Source: Vulcanimicrobiota bacterium
Lineage (GTDB): Bacteria > Vulcanimicrobiota > Vulcanimicrobiia > Eremiobacterales > Eremiobacteraceae
Direction: 5' to 3'
DNA: 64,000 nt
Assembly: GCA_963805945.1 (NCBI GenBank)
Contig: CAWDVP010000003.1
Span: 64,001 to 128,000 of the forward strand
Positions 38,340 to 48,793 of this stretch are shown here, in pieces; position 1 is the stretch's first letter; every line of letters starts with the position of its first letter. The translations under genes were made by a program, and so were the position numbers. The notes beneath the pieces are model-generated. The model was given only the letters and a program-made list of their open reading frames with translations. It was not told where the DNA came from and did no database searches.

Positions 38340-41027
38340 CTAGCGGCCTCCACCCGATTCCACCAGACCCACGAACTTCTCGACCAGTTCGGGATCGAAC
38401 TGCGTGCCGGCGCGGCTGCGCAGCTCGCGCACGGCCTGGTCGTACTCGATGCGTTTGTGGTACGGCCGGTCGATGACCATGGCGGAATAGGCGTCGATGA
38501 GCGAGACGATGCGCGCGAGGAACGGGATGTCCTGGCCGGCGAGCCCCTCGGGATAGCCCTTGCCGTCATAGCGCTCGTGGTGGTAGCGCACCGCTTTGGA
38601 GGCGTCGGCGAAACCCGGGATGCTCTCGATGAGCATGGCGCCGATCGTGACGTGGCGCTTCATCAATTCGTATTCCTCGGGTGCGAGGCGGCCGGGCTTG
38701 GCGAGCAGGTGCGCGGGCAGCGCGATCTTGCCGACGTCGTGCAGCACCGAGGCGCGCAGCAGCGAGTCCATGTCTTCCTTGTTGAGCGCCAGCACGTTGG
38801 AGAATTCTCGCGCCACCCGGTTGACGTGCTCGAGGTGGCTGCGCGTCGAACGGTCACGCGCCAGCAGCGCGGCGAGCAGCTCCGAGACCAGCCCGAAGTC
38901 GCCCTCGAGCCGCAGCTGCGTCGTGCCGATGCGCTGCAGCCGCGTGGCCGGCCGGCCCATGCGCTTGCTCTGGTAGAGCGCCGCGTCAGCTTTGGCGATG
39001 AGATCCGCGGGCGTCTCCGCGTCTTGCGGGAACAGCGCGTAGCCGATCGAGCACTTCACCGGGATGGCGGCGCCGTCCGCGAGACGAAGATCGCGCTCTT
39101 CGAGCTCCGCGGTGACGCGGTTGATGATGTTCTCGGTCTGCTCGCGCGTCGTGTCCGGCAAGACCACCATGAACTCATCGCCGCCATAGCGGCCGACGAC
39201 GTCGCTGGAGCGCACCGCCGACAGCAGCACCGAGGTCACCATCTTCAGCGCGTCGTCGCCGACGAGGTGGCCATACGTGTCGTTGACGTTCTTGAAGTTG
39301 TCGAGGTCCATCATGACCGCCGCGACGGTCTGGCCGCTCGTGCGCGAGCGCCGCAGCTCTTCCTCGAGCCGCGTCTTGAGGTAGCGGTGGTGATAGACGC
39401 CGGTCAACGGGTCTTGATCGGCGCGCGATTCGGCCTGGTCGTAGAGCTGCGCGTTCTGCACCGCGACCGCGAGCTGCTCGGCGATGGCGGTGAGCAGGCG
39501 CACGCTGGAATCGTCGTACGCGCCCTCGCGATAGGCCTGCGCCGACATCACGCCGATGCACTTGTTGCCGAGGCGCAAGGGCGCCATGGCCATCGAGCGG
39601 ACCTTGGTCTCTTTATCCGTGCCGACGACGCCGTGCGGCTGGTTGTTGATCTCTTCGAGCGTCTGGAAGACGAGCGTGCGGTTCGAGGTGATGACGCGTT
39701 CGGCGATCGAGCTCTTGACGGGCTGGTCGCCCGGCTCGATCACGTTGTTGCCCTCGGAGAAATACTCCATGTGGAGCGCGTTGCCGTCCTCGGTGCGCAG
39801 GGCCACGAAGAAGCCAGGCGCCTCGATGACGCGGCGCACCTCTTCGCACACCGTCTGGTAGAGCGTGCCGAGCGACAGCTGCGCGGCAAGCGCGCGCGAG
39901 ACCTCGGAGAGCAGCTTCAGCTCGCGGGCGCGTTGGTCGGCCTGCACGACCGCCTGCGAGTTCTCGACGGCGATCGCGGCCTGCTCGGCGACGGCGACGA
40001 CGAGGTCGCGATCGCGTTCGCTGTACGCGTGCGCGCGCGAGCTCTGGACCGAGATGACGCCGATGGTGCGCGCGCCGATGCTCATGGGGACGACGAGCGC
40101 GGAGACGACGTCTTCGCTGTTCGCGTCGCCGTGCATGATGACCGGATACGGTTTCCAATCCTCCGGCGTGCGCATCAGCAGCGGCACGCCCTCGCGGAAC
40201 ACCTGGCCGCACAGCGAGCCTTGCAGCGGCATCGGCTCGACGACGTCGAGCACGCGATAGTGGTCGACGCAGTAGGGGATGGTCATCAGACCCTGTTCCC
40301 AAGAACCGAGCGCCACCCAGAACGTGGATGCGTCGAGCACGCCGCCGAGCAGGCGATGCAGGCGGTGGAACAGCCGTCGCAGATCGCGCTCCGACGCGAG
40401 CGCGCGGGCGGTCTCGAGCATGAGCCGCAGCTCTTGGCTGCGCGCGCGCGCCTCTTCGGCCGCGTTCTTGTTGCGGACGACGAGCGCGGCGACGTCAGCG
40501 GCGGCGGCGACGAACTCGAGCTCTTTCTCGCCGAACACGCTGTCGCGCGGATTGCGCACAGCGAGGTAGCCGAGGTTGCGGCCGTCGTGGCGCACCGGTG
40601 CGATGATCACCGAGCCGATATTGCTCGGGATGCCGCGGCTGGCGAGCGTCGCGGCGTTGGCCGGGCGCCCGAATTGGAGCGCGCGTCCGGCGCGCATCGC
40701 CTGTGCGACGAAGCCGCGTTCGATGACGGGCAGCGAGTTGCGATCGTCGAGGTTGCGCTGATAGCGGATGCGGAAACCATCGCGCGCCGTCGGATCGGCG
40801 GTCGCCGCGACGAGGATCGGCGTGTCGATGTACGAGCGCAGCGCGGTGTGGACGTGGCTGAAGAACTGCTCCTCGGGATGTCCGGCGGCGAGCGAGAGCA
40901 GCTGCGCGTAGAAGGATGAGTCCCACGTCAGCGACGGGGATGATTCGGTTCGCAGCAGCGGGTTGAAGCCGGGCGACGCCGGCTTGCCTGCGCCCGCTGC
41001 CGGAAGGCCTCTTCCGAACTGGGGCAC
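38340..41027 (-). CDS. GAF x3 - GGDEF - HD-GYP c-di-GMP signalling protein
   Basis: three GAF-like repeats, RSSDVVGRYGGDEF, LHDVGK, HHERYDGKGYP. Confidence 0.9.
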   Translation of the reverse strand: MPQFGRGLPAAGAGKPASPGFNPLLRTESSPSLTWDSSFYAQLLSLAAGHPEEQFFSHVHTALRSYIDTPILVAATADPTARDGFRIRYQRNLDDRNSLPVIERGFVAQAMRAGRALQFGRPANAATLASRGIPSNIGSVIIAPVRHDGRNLGYLAVRNPRDSVFGEKELEFVAAAADVAALVVRNKNAAEEARARSQELRLMLETARALASERDLRRLFHRLHRLLGGVLDASTFWVALGSWEQGLMTIPYCVDHYRVLDVVEPMPLQGSLCGQVFREGVPLLMRTPEDWKPYPVIMHGDANSEDVVSALVVPMSIGARTIGVISVQSSRAHAYSERDRDLVVAVAEQAAIAVENSQAVVQADQRARELKLLSEVSRALAAQLSLGTLYQTVCEEVRRVIEAPGFFVALRTEDGNALHMEYFSEGNNVIEPGDQPVKSSIAERVITSNRTLVFQTLEEINNQPHGVVGTDKETKVRSMAMAPLRLGNKCIGVMSAQAYREGAYDDSSVRLLTAIAEQLAVAVQNAQLYDQAESRADQDPLTGVYHHRYLKTRLEEELRRSRTSGQTVAAVMMDLDNFKNVNDTYGHLVGDDALKMVTSVLLSAVRSSDVVGRYGGDEFMVVLPDTTREQTENIINRVTAELEERDLRLADGAAIPVKCSIGYALFPQDAETPADLIAKADAALYQSKRMGRPATRLQRIGTTQLRLEGDFGLVSELLAALLARDRSTRSHLEHVNRVAREFSNVLALNKEDMDSLLRASVLHDVGKIALPAHLLAKPGRLAPEEYELMKRHVTIGAMLIESIPGFADASKAVRYHHERYDGKGYPEGLAGQDIPFLARIVSLIDAYSAMVIDRPYHKRIEYDQAVRELRSRAGTQFDPELVEKFVGLVESGGGR

Positions 41028-41163
41028 GTTCTTAATCGCTCACGTCCTCTTCCGGATAGGGTGGTGCAGATGTGACCTCCGGCACCGGGCATATGTGACA
41101 CCCGATACCGCCGAGCAAGCCAGCCCAAGGGGGCCCGGGGCGGCTGCCCGAAGCCCGAGGGCC

Positions 41164-41496
41164 GTGCGACGCTCTATTGGACTTATCGTCATTCTCTTGG
41201 CCTTCGCGACCGGGTGTAACGTCCCGCCGCCCGACACGGTGAAGCCGGGCACGCTCACCGGCGTGGTGACCGGGCCGAACGGCCCGGTGGTGGCCGCCAA
41301 CGTGAGCGTCACCCCGTCGGATAATTCCTATCATGTGGGACAGACGGACTCCCAAGGCTATTATATCATCACAGGCATTCCGCCGGGGTCGGTGGTGGTG
41401 TCGATCTCCGCTCCAGGCTATCAGACCTACAACGCTAGCGTGATGATCCCGGCCAACGGCACCGTCACCCAGAATGCGAGCCTCAGCCAGTCGTAG
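41164..41496 (+). CDS. small lipoprotein with carboxypeptidase-regulatory-like beta-sandwich
   Basis: lipobox ATGC; GTLTGVV, TDSQGYY, ISAPGY. Confidence 0.7.
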   Translation: MRRSIGLIVILLAFATGCNVPPPDTVKPGTLTGVVTGPNGPVVAANVSVTPSDNSYHVGQTDSQGYYIITGIPPGSVVVSISAPGYQTYNASVMIPANGTVTQNASLSQS

Positions 41497-42814
41497 CCGG
41501 CTGCAGGCCGGGTTCGGCGGCCCGCGCTGCGTACGCCTCGTCGAGGACCTCCACCAAGTGTTTCACCCGCGTCGACAAGCCGCGCTCGATCATGCCGGCT
41601 TGGATCTGCATGTGACAGCCGGGGTTGCCCGTCACCAGATAGTCGGCGCGCGCCGCCGCGATGGCGTCGAGCTTCTCGGCGAGGATGGTCGCCGACATCT
41701 CGGGCTGCGTGAGGTTGTAGACGCCTGCCGCGCCGCAACAGCGGTCCGCGTATTCGAGCTCGACGTAGTCAAGTCCGGGGATGCGCGCGAGCAGTTCGCG
41801 CGGTTGCCGGCGGATGCGCTGGCCATGCGCGAGGTGGCATGCATCCTGGTACGTGACGCGTTTCTTCACTTCGCCGAAATCATCGCGCACGCCGAGGTCG
41901 TACAAGAACTCGCTGATGTCCTTGACCTTGTGCGAGAACTCGCTCGCGCGGTCCGCGTAGAGCGCGTCGTGGCGCAGGAGCTCGCCGTATTCCTTCATCG
42001 CCGCGCCGCAGCCGGCTGAGTCGAGCAGCACCGCGTCGACCTTCGCTTCCTCGAAGACGTCGATGTTGCGTTGCGCCATCGCGATCGCATGCTCTCGTTC
42101 GCCGGCATGCAGGTTGAGCGCGCCGCAGCACCACTGCCCGCGCACGACGACGACCTCGCACCCGTTGTGTCGAAGCACGCGCGCCATGGCCTCGTGCACG
42201 TGGGCGAACAGCGAACCCATGACGCAGCCGACGAACAGGCCGACGCGCGCGCGTCGCTCTCCCTCGGCCGGTATCACCTCGGGCAGCGCGCCGCTGGGTG
42301 CAGCTGCAGCACGCGGGATCATGCGCACGAGCCTGCGCGCGCGCGCCGGCAGCACGGAGGCGGCGAACGAAGCGAGCGCCGGCCAGCGCTGCAGCAGTTG
42401 CGCCGGCGCCATGAAGAGCTTGAAGAGGCGTTCGTCCGGCAGCAGCCGATCGAACGCCAGATGACGGAAGCGCCGCCAGCCGCGCCGCTGGGGCGTCAAC
42501 TCGCCGCGCTCCTCGATCTGGAAGCGCGCGTACTCGAGCAGCCGGCCATACGGGACGCCGGACGGACAGGCGGTCTCGCACGCGCGACAGCCCAGGCACA
42601 TATAAAGATGCTCGGCGAGGTGCGCATCGATATCCGCCCCCCCGTCGGCGACTTGCTTCATTAGGAAGACGCGTCCGCGGGGCGAGTCCGATTCGAGGTG
42701 CAGCTCGCGATAGGTGGGGCAGGCCTGCTCGCACAGGCCGCAGCGCGTGCAGCGGCCGAGGTCCTCGTCGGCCGGACGCTCCGGCCCGGCATAGCCTTTC
42801 GGCTCGAGTTTCAC
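41483..42814 (-). CDS. glcF: glycolate oxidase Fe-S subunit
   Basis: CTRCGLCEQACPTY, SPRGR, CLGCRACETACPSGV, two CCG domains. Confidence 0.88.
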   Translation of the reverse strand: MKLEPKGYAGPERPADEDLGRCTRCGLCEQACPTYRELHLESDSPRGRVFLMKQVADGGADIDAHLAEHLYMCLGCRACETACPSGVPYGRLLEYARFQIEERGELTPQRRGWRRFRHLAFDRLLPDERLFKLFMAPAQLLQRWPALASFAASVLPARARRLVRMIPRAAAAPSGALPEVIPAEGERRARVGLFVGCVMGSLFAHVHEAMARVLRHNGCEVVVVRGQWCCGALNLHAGEREHAIAMAQRNIDVFEEAKVDAVLLDSAGCGAAMKEYGELLRHDALYADRASEFSHKVKDISEFLYDLGVRDDFGEVKKRVTYQDACHLAHGQRIRRQPRELLARIPGLDYVELEYADRCCGAAGVYNLTQPEMSATILAEKLDAIAAARADYLVTGNPGCHMQIQAGMIERGLSTRVKHLVEVLDEAYAARAAEPGLQPATTG

Positions 42815-44134
42815 CTAGATGCCTCCACGCATGCGTCCTGGATCGAAGGTGCCGGTCGGGTCGAACGCCGCCTTGAGACGGCGCTGCAGCTTCACCGGAC
42901 TGGCGGCAGGCAGCGGCGCGAGGAATTCGTCCGCTCGCTCCGGTGGCACGGCCAGGTATGTGGCGCTCCAGCCGCTGTGCTCCAGCTGCTGCCAAAACGC
43001 CGCGCCAGGTTCGCGCCACGCCTCGACCGGCACGTGCGCGAACAGCACGCCTACGCTCGGATGGGCGCTGATCTCGACCTCGGGCCACGCGTCGCGCACG
43101 GCCTTCGCCAGCCCGAACGTCTGCGAGGGCAGCGCAACGAATTTCGCCACGACATAGCGGTCGTGCGGATATTGAGCGCCGCCGGCGAGCTCAACGAGAT
43201 CCGACCAGGTCGCCGCGACGAGCTCCGCGTCGAGATCGCGCAATTGAAGCGCGCCTGCGGCCCGACACTCGGCGGCCGAGCCTTCGAACTGCGCTCCGGT
43301 GGCCGAGCGCGAGCCGCCGCAGCGCACGACGAGCGTCCACGCGCCTGCGCCGCCGCGCAACGCGGTCGTGCGCGCCGCCGCGCGAGCGTCGTGAAGCGTC
43401 GTCGCGAGCACGAAAAGCGGCGAGCGCGCGATCGCTGTCGCCGCGGCGCATGCCGCCGCGCCGTCGTCGAACACGGCGACGAGCAGCCGCCCCGTCGCGG
43501 GCAGCGGCGCGACCTTGAGCGTGATCTCCCCGATGAGGCCGAGCGTGCCGTACGATCCGATGAACGCCTTGTGCGAGTCGTACCCGGCGACGCTCTTCAC
43601 GACTTTCGCGCCGCTGAAAGCGACGACGCCGTCGGACAGCGCGACGCGCATGCCGAGCACGTTGTCGCGCAGGGCGCCGTAGCGCTGGCGCAGGGCGCCG
43701 GTCGCGTTGGCCGCCAGCGTGCCGCCGATGGTGGCGCGCGCGGCGAACGGCGGGTCGCACGGGAAGAACTGGCCGTGCGCGTGTAGCGCCGCCTGGAGCT
43801 CGTGCAGCGGCGTTCCGGCGGCGACCGTCGCGGTGAGATCGCCGGGCGTATGCGCGAGCACGCCGCTCAGTTCGGATGTGTCGACCACCGCGTCGATCTC
43901 GCGCAGCGCCGGCGGCCTCTCGGATTTCGTGCCCGCGCCTCGGATGATGCAGGTGGCGCGCTCGGCGGCGATGATCGCGACCGCGCGCGCGCCTTCCTCG
44001 ACGGTGCGTGGCGAGAGGACGAGTTTCGGCGTGACGCCGGCCACGCGGAAGCGCTCGACTTCTTGCGGGTGCACGCGAAAGCGCGCGCCGAGCACTTCCT
44101 TGAGCGCGACGGTGAAGGGCGTCGAAGCGAGCAT
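42815..44134 (-). CDS. glcE: glycolate oxidase FAD subunit
   Basis: ATIGG, KVVKSVAGYD, GSYGTLG, LKAAFDP. Confidence 0.82.
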   Translation of the reverse strand: MLASTPFTVALKEVLGARFRVHPQEVERFRVAGVTPKLVLSPRTVEEGARAVAIIAAERATCIIRGAGTKSERPPALREIDAVVDTSELSGVLAHTPGDLTATVAAGTPLHELQAALHAHGQFFPCDPPFAARATIGGTLAANATGALRQRYGALRDNVLGMRVALSDGVVAFSGAKVVKSVAGYDSHKAFIGSYGTLGLIGEITLKVAPLPATGRLLVAVFDDGAAACAAATAIARSPLFVLATTLHDARAAARTTALRGGAGAWTLVVRCGGSRSATGAQFEGSAAECRAAGALQLRDLDAELVAATWSDLVELAGGAQYPHDRYVVAKFVALPSQTFGLAKAVRDAWPEVEISAHPSVGVLFAHVPVEAWREPGAAFWQQLEHSGWSATYLAVPPERADEFLAPLPAASPVKLQRRLKAAFDPTGTFDPGRMRGGI

Positions 44135-44146
44135 TGCGGGCGGCGC

Positions 44147-45599
44147 CTAGAAGGCAGGCCCGGCTGCCGCGGCGACCGCAGCAGGCAGGCTCTGCAGTCG
44201 CCGTGCCGCTTCGCCGCAGCGCCGCGAGGTGGGGAAGACTTTGCGCGGGTTGCTCAAGCCTCTGTCGCCGAACGCCGTCTTGACGCGCGCCATGAGGTCG
44301 AGATCGCCGGGCGAGAACTGCAGCGCCATGCAATCGCGCTTTTCGGTGCCGATGCCATGCTCGCCAGAGATGCTGCCGCCTCGCTCGACGCACGCGCGCA
44401 GGATCGCTTCGCCCGCGACGATGGCCAGCTCGACGTCGCCCGGCTTCTTCTCGTCGAACAGGATGAGCGGATGGAGGTTGCCGTCGCCCGCATGGAAGAC
44501 GTTGGCGATGCGCAGCCCGAACTTCGCGCTGATCGCGGCGATCTCGTCGAGCATCTCAGGCAGCATGCTGCGCGGGATCACGCCGTCTTGGACGTAGAAG
44601 CTCGGGCTGATGCGACCCATCGCGCCGAAGGCGCCTTTGCGGCCCTTCCAGATGCGTTCGCGCTCGTCGGCGCTGGTGGCGAAACGCACCTCGCGCGCGC
44701 TGTCGCGCCGGCACACGTCGCGCACCGCCGCAGCCGCTTCGTCGACTGCGGCGCTCACGTCGTCCACCTCGACGATGAGGATCGCCTCGGCGTCGGTCGG
44801 GAAACCTGCGTGCGCGAACTCCTCGATCGCCTGCGTCGACAGCCGGTCCATCATCTCGAGCGCGCCGGGGATGATGCCCGCGGCGATGATATGCGACACG
44901 GCGTTCGAAGCGTCGTGCACCGAGTCGAACACCGCGAGCAGCGTGCGCGAGGCCTGCTGGATCGGCGTGAGCTTGACGACGACCTTGGTGGCGATCCCGA
45001 GCGTGCCTTCAGAGCCGACGAACAGCCCGAGCAGGTCGTAGCCCGGGGCGTCCACGGTCGCTGCCGCCCAGCCACGTGAGCTCGCCGTCGGGCGTGACGA
45101 TCTCGACCCCGAGCGTGTGGTTGGTGGTGACGCCGTAGGCCAGGCAGTGCAGGCCGCCGGAGTTCTCGGCGATGTTGCCGCCGATCGTGCATGCCGCCTG
45201 GCTTGACGGATCGGGGATATAGCACAGGCCGAAGCGCTTGACCGCCGCGCTGATGTCCGCGTTGATGACGCCGGGTTCGACGATCGCGAGCCGATTCTCG
45301 ACGTCGATCTCGAGGATGTGGTTGAGCCGGGCGGTGGCGATCACCACGCCGCCCATCTCGGGCACGGCCCCGCCGGAAAGTCCCGTGCCGGCGCCGCGCG
45401 CTACGTACGGGTAGCCGCGCTCGTTGCAGGCGGCCACCACGGCCGCGATCTCCTCCGCGCTGCCGGGCAGCACGACGACCTCGGGCAAAGCCTGGTCCAC
45501 CGAGCCGTCGTACTGGTAGTTGCGCAGGTCTCCGCCGGCAGAAAGCGTGTGTGACGCGCCGACCAGGCCGGCCAAGCGTTTGACGAATCTCGCATCCAT
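44147..45599 (-). CDS. glcD: glycolate oxidase subunit D (1-nt frameshift near 45060)
   Basis: RGAGTGLSGG, PDPSSQ and TIGGN in one frame; GSEGTLG, HAGDGNLH and GEHGIG in another. Confidence 0.88.
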
Positions 45600-45682
45600 G
45601 AGCAACGCAGACTGTTCGTGCTGGCGGGCGCCCACGACCTTCGCAGGGCAGGGAGCGGGAGAGGCGAACGCTATGCCCGCTC

Positions 45683-46006
45683 ATGCAGATAGAACGAGTC
45701 GAATGCACGCCGCAGCGCGAGGTCTACAACCCCGGTGACGTGCTCGACATCGCCGTCCGCTTCCGCGACGGTTTCGTCGGCCAGTGCGAGGCAGGTCTCG
45801 TCCGGCGCAACGGCGCGCCGCCGGCCGATTTCGCGCGGAACGTCCTGGCGCGCAGCAACGATAGGCTCTACGAGGGACAAGTGCAGGTGCGCGAGGACCT
45901 GGTCGGCTCGTGCGTCCTGCTGGTCCGGCTCACCCCGGTCAAAGGCCTGCCGCAGACGCTGCCTGAGGGCGAGCGGATTTTCGAGGTCCGCCCGATCAGG
46001 CCGTGA
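45683..46006 (+). CDS. hypothetical beta-rich protein
   Basis: GGAGAGG RBS; protein-like composition. Confidence 0.55.
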   Translation: MQIERVECTPQREVYNPGDVLDIAVRFRDGFVGQCEAGLVRRNGAPPADFARNVLARSNDRLYEGQVQVREDLVGSCVLLVRLTPVKGLPQTLPEGERIFEVRPIRP

Positions 46007-46124
46007 CCGCCGCCCGCTCGGCAGGAGACGGCCGCGTGGTCCACAAACGCGCGCAACGATTCGGACAGTCTGCACATCTGAACATCATCACTGAAGCACC
46101 ACCGCTGCCTTGGAGGACGAGACG

Positions 46125-46498
46125 ATGAGGCGCAAAGCAAAGGGCGCGGCCAAGAAGAAGGCCGCGACGAGAAAAGTCAAACGCACCGTCAAGAAGGCGA
46201 AGCGCACGGTCAAGCGCGCCGTGAAAAAGGCGACGCGCAAGAAGGCCAGGACGGTGAAAAAGACCGTCAGAGAAAGCGAAGAGGACCGTCGAAGAAAGCG
46301 GTGAGGAAGGCGGCGCCTAAGGTCAAAGCCGCGGTCGCCGCACGCGCAGCGGCCAAACACGAGCCGCTCATCCCGGCGCTCGACGACGCCGAGGGCGGCG
46401 TGCTGGTCATCGAGGAATTCGAAGAGGAAGAATTCGAGGAAGAGCCATTCGCAGAGGAAGAGGAAGATCTGCATCCGGAGCATCCGGAAGAGTATTAG
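46125..46498 (+). CDS. histone H1-like basic protein with acidic tail (split by apparent indels)
   Basis: GGAGG RBS; KKAKRTVK repeats; C-terminal EEFEEEEFEEE. Confidence 0.65.
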
Positions 46499-46510
46499 CC
46501 CTCACGCGGC

Positions 46511-46590
46511 GTAGGGGCCGACCTTAGGTCGGCCCTTTCTTTTTCATGTAGGGGCCGATCTTCAGATCGGCCCTCGAATTTATTCGACCG
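46511..46590 (+). repeat. tandem family A REPs plus a truncated family B hairpin
   Basis: REPs at 46511-46535 and 46548-46573; TCGAATTTATTCGACCG at 46574-46590. Confidence 0.88.
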
Positions 46591-47479
46591 ACGCGACGGT
46601 CGACGGCCCACCCGCATACGCCTCGCGCGTGTCGGGCAGTTGCGCGAACGCCCCGCGCCGCTGCAGCGCGTACAACACGGCGATTCCGATGGCCAGCACG
46701 GCGATACCGTACAAGCCTGCTTCGGGCCCGAACGAGCCGCCGGTGAGCAGATCCGGACCGCTCACGGTCTGCGTCAGCACCGACTGCGTGCCGATCCCGC
46801 TGACCTGCGCGCCCAGCACCGGTCCTTCAAAAAGATTCCAGCCGAAATGCGTGCCTAGTGCGAGCCACATCGATTTCGTCCATACGATCGAGAGGCATGC
46901 CCATAGGCCGAAGCCCGCGATATCGGCCGCTGCGATCCACGGATGGGCGCCGATGTTCGGGTTGCCGAAATGCAGCACCGCGAACAGCGCGGACGACACG
47001 AGCGCGGCGGGCCAGAAACCCATCTCCTCCCACAAGTTCTGCAAGACGTAGCCTCGGAATTGCATCTCCTCAGAGATCGCCGCGGCGGCGAACAGCACGA
47101 CCAACGCGGGCAGGAAGCGCAGATCGGCCGCGAGCGGCGACACGCCCGTCACCTTGAGCTCGCCGAACGCCGCTTCGCATGCGAACAGCAGCAGCTGCAT
47201 GCCGGTGCCCAACAAGAGCCCGATGGTGAGCAGGCGCCCCCAACGCGTGCGCAGCGGCATACCCAACGAGTCGATGCTGCGACGATCGAGGAACCTGCGC
47301 AGCCCAAAGCTGATGCCGACGACGAGGATCGCCGAGACGACCTCGAAGAGCGCGATGCCGCCGCCGGCGCGCACGATGCCGGACAAAAGATACTGCGCGA
47401 TGACCACGAGCATGGCGTAGATCACGACCCGAAAGACAGGCCGCAACCGGTCGTCCTTGAGGAAAAGACGCCGAAGCAT
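46580..47479 (-). CDS. CPBP (CAAX protease/Abi) family intramembrane metalloprotease
   Basis: EEMQFRG, FAVLH, HFGWN, GSFGPEAG. Confidence 0.88.
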   Translation of the reverse strand: MLRRLFLKDDRLRPVFRVVIYAMLVVIAQYLLSGIVRAGGGIALFEVVSAILVVGISFGLRRFLDRRSIDSLGMPLRTRWGRLLTIGLLLGTGMQLLLFACEAAFGELKVTGVSPLAADLRFLPALVVLFAAAAISEEMQFRGYVLQNLWEEMGFWPAALVSSALFAVLHFGNPNIGAHPWIAAADIAGFGLWACLSIVWTKSMWLALGTHFGWNLFEGPVLGAQVSGIGTQSVLTQTVSGPDLLTGGSFGPEAGLYGIAVLAIGIAVLYALQRRGAFAQLPDTREAYAGGPSTVASVE

Positions 47480-47537
47480 CGGGGGCTTTTTGGCGGGTTC
47501 AAAGGGCCGACCTGCCCGGTCTTGAACTCAAGCACGT

Positions 47538-48746
47538 ATGCAGACCGACGTGTCGAAAACAGAACTGAATCTCTGGCTCGCCTTCACCGATGAAGCCAAG
47601 ACACATCGCCTCTACAGCGCCTACGCGCTCCAAGCGATGAGCGAAGGACATCCGGAAGCCGCAGAGGCGTTCATGGAAGCGGCAGGCGATGAGATCGTGC
47701 ACGCGCTCCTCCATCTACGGGCGCTGGGCGCAGTGAAGAGCACGCGCGAGAATCTCCAGCAAGTCGTCGAGCACGAGGCTGCAGAGACCCAGCTCGTCTA
47801 TCCCCGCTACATCGCCGAGGCGAAGGCCGAGGGGCGCGCCGATGCGCTGGCGGGCTTCGAGCTCGCGATGGCGCGCGAGCAGCAACACGTCAAGCTGTTC
47901 GAAGACGCGCTGTCCGCGCTCGATCGCACGTCGGGAGACGGCGTCGCGCCGTCGTTCCTGCGCGCCGAGCCTCGCGTCGCGGCGGCGCACACACGTACCG
48001 CCGCCGGGGTCGAGAAGATGACCGGCCCGGCCGAGGTGACGGAAGAGCGCGAGCGCATCGCCTCGCGCACGCGCATCGGCGCCTTCGTCTTCGGCGCGCA
48101 AGATGGACTGCTCACCACGGTGAGCGTCGTCTCAGCGTTCTTCGGCGCCCAGGAATCGAACGCCAACATCCTGCTCGCGGGTTTCGCCACGGGCGTCGCG
48201 GGCATGGTCGCGATGACCGCCGGGCAGTTCCTGTCTTCCAAAGCGCAATCCGAGGTGCATCGTTCCGAGATCGAGCGCGAGCTGCAAGAGATCGCCGAAC
48301 ATCCGGCGGAGGAGCTGGCGGAACTGGTCGAGATCTACCGTCTCCAGGGCATGGCGCCGGAGCAGGCGCGCGATGCCGCGCTGGCCGTCTCGAAGGATCC
48401 GAAGAAGATGCTCGAGGTGATGGCGCGCGGCGAGCTCGGCATCGACACCGAGCCCTCCGTGAGCCCGCTCAAAGACGCCGCGGTCATGGCGCCGTCGTTC
48501 ATGCTCGGCGCGATCGTGCCGATCCTGCCTTACGTGTTCTCCACGCAGACGCCGGCGTTCGTCACTTCGATACTGCTGGCGTGCCTCGCGCTGTTCGCGA
48601 TCGGCGTCGTGAAGTCGCGCGTCGCCGGCGGCAGTCCATGGCGCTCCGGTCTGGAGCAGTTCGTCATCGGCGCCGGCGCGGGCGTCATCGGCTACATCGT
48701 CGGCACACTCGTGCCGCGCTTCTTCGGGGTGCGCTTCGTCGGCTGA
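47538..48746 (+). CDS. rubrerythrin-domain / VIT1-CCC1 iron transporter fusion
   Basis: N-terminal DEIVHA and EQQH diiron motifs; C-terminal FGAQDGL, AMTAGQFLS, GAIVPILPY. Confidence 0.85.
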   Translation: MQTDVSKTELNLWLAFTDEAKTHRLYSAYALQAMSEGHPEAAEAFMEAAGDEIVHALLHLRALGAVKSTRENLQQVVEHEAAETQLVYPRYIAEAKAEGRADALAGFELAMAREQQHVKLFEDALSALDRTSGDGVAPSFLRAEPRVAAAHTRTAAGVEKMTGPAEVTEERERIASRTRIGAFVFGAQDGLLTTVSVVSAFFGAQESNANILLAGFATGVAGMVAMTAGQFLSSKAQSEVHRSEIERELQEIAEHPAEELAELVEIYRLQGMAPEQARDAALAVSKDPKKMLEVMARGELGIDTEPSVSPLKDAAVMAPSFMLGAIVPILPYVFSTQTPAFVTSILLACLALFAIGVVKSRVAGGSPWRSGLEQFVIGAGAGVIGYIVGTLVPRFFGVRFVG

Positions 48747-48751
48747 TCCGA

Positions 48752-48777
48752 GGGCCGATCTAAAGATCGGCCCCTAC
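48752..48777 (-). repeat. family A REP
   Basis: reverse complement of GTAGGGGCCGATCTTTAGATCGGCCC. Confidence 0.9.
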
Positions 48778-48793
48778 ATGGCTGGCGAGCGCG

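Noticed and set aside
38151..40919. 922-aa plus-strand ORF and similar long antisense ORFs (e.g. 52427..54691)
   Set aside because: Shadow frames of real high-GC genes with no motifs
45050..45070. Programmed frameshift in glcD (and in thiH near 60720)
   Set aside because: No slippery sequence; matches the single-base insertion error pattern
46511..46573. Tandem 26-bp direct repeats (also at 55550-55614 and 56110-56180) as a mini CRISPR array
   Set aside because: Only two units each, short spacers, dispersed copies and no cas genes; they are REPs
46580..47479. CPBP/Abi protein as a phage-defence gene
   Set aside because: Common intramembrane protease with no defence-island context
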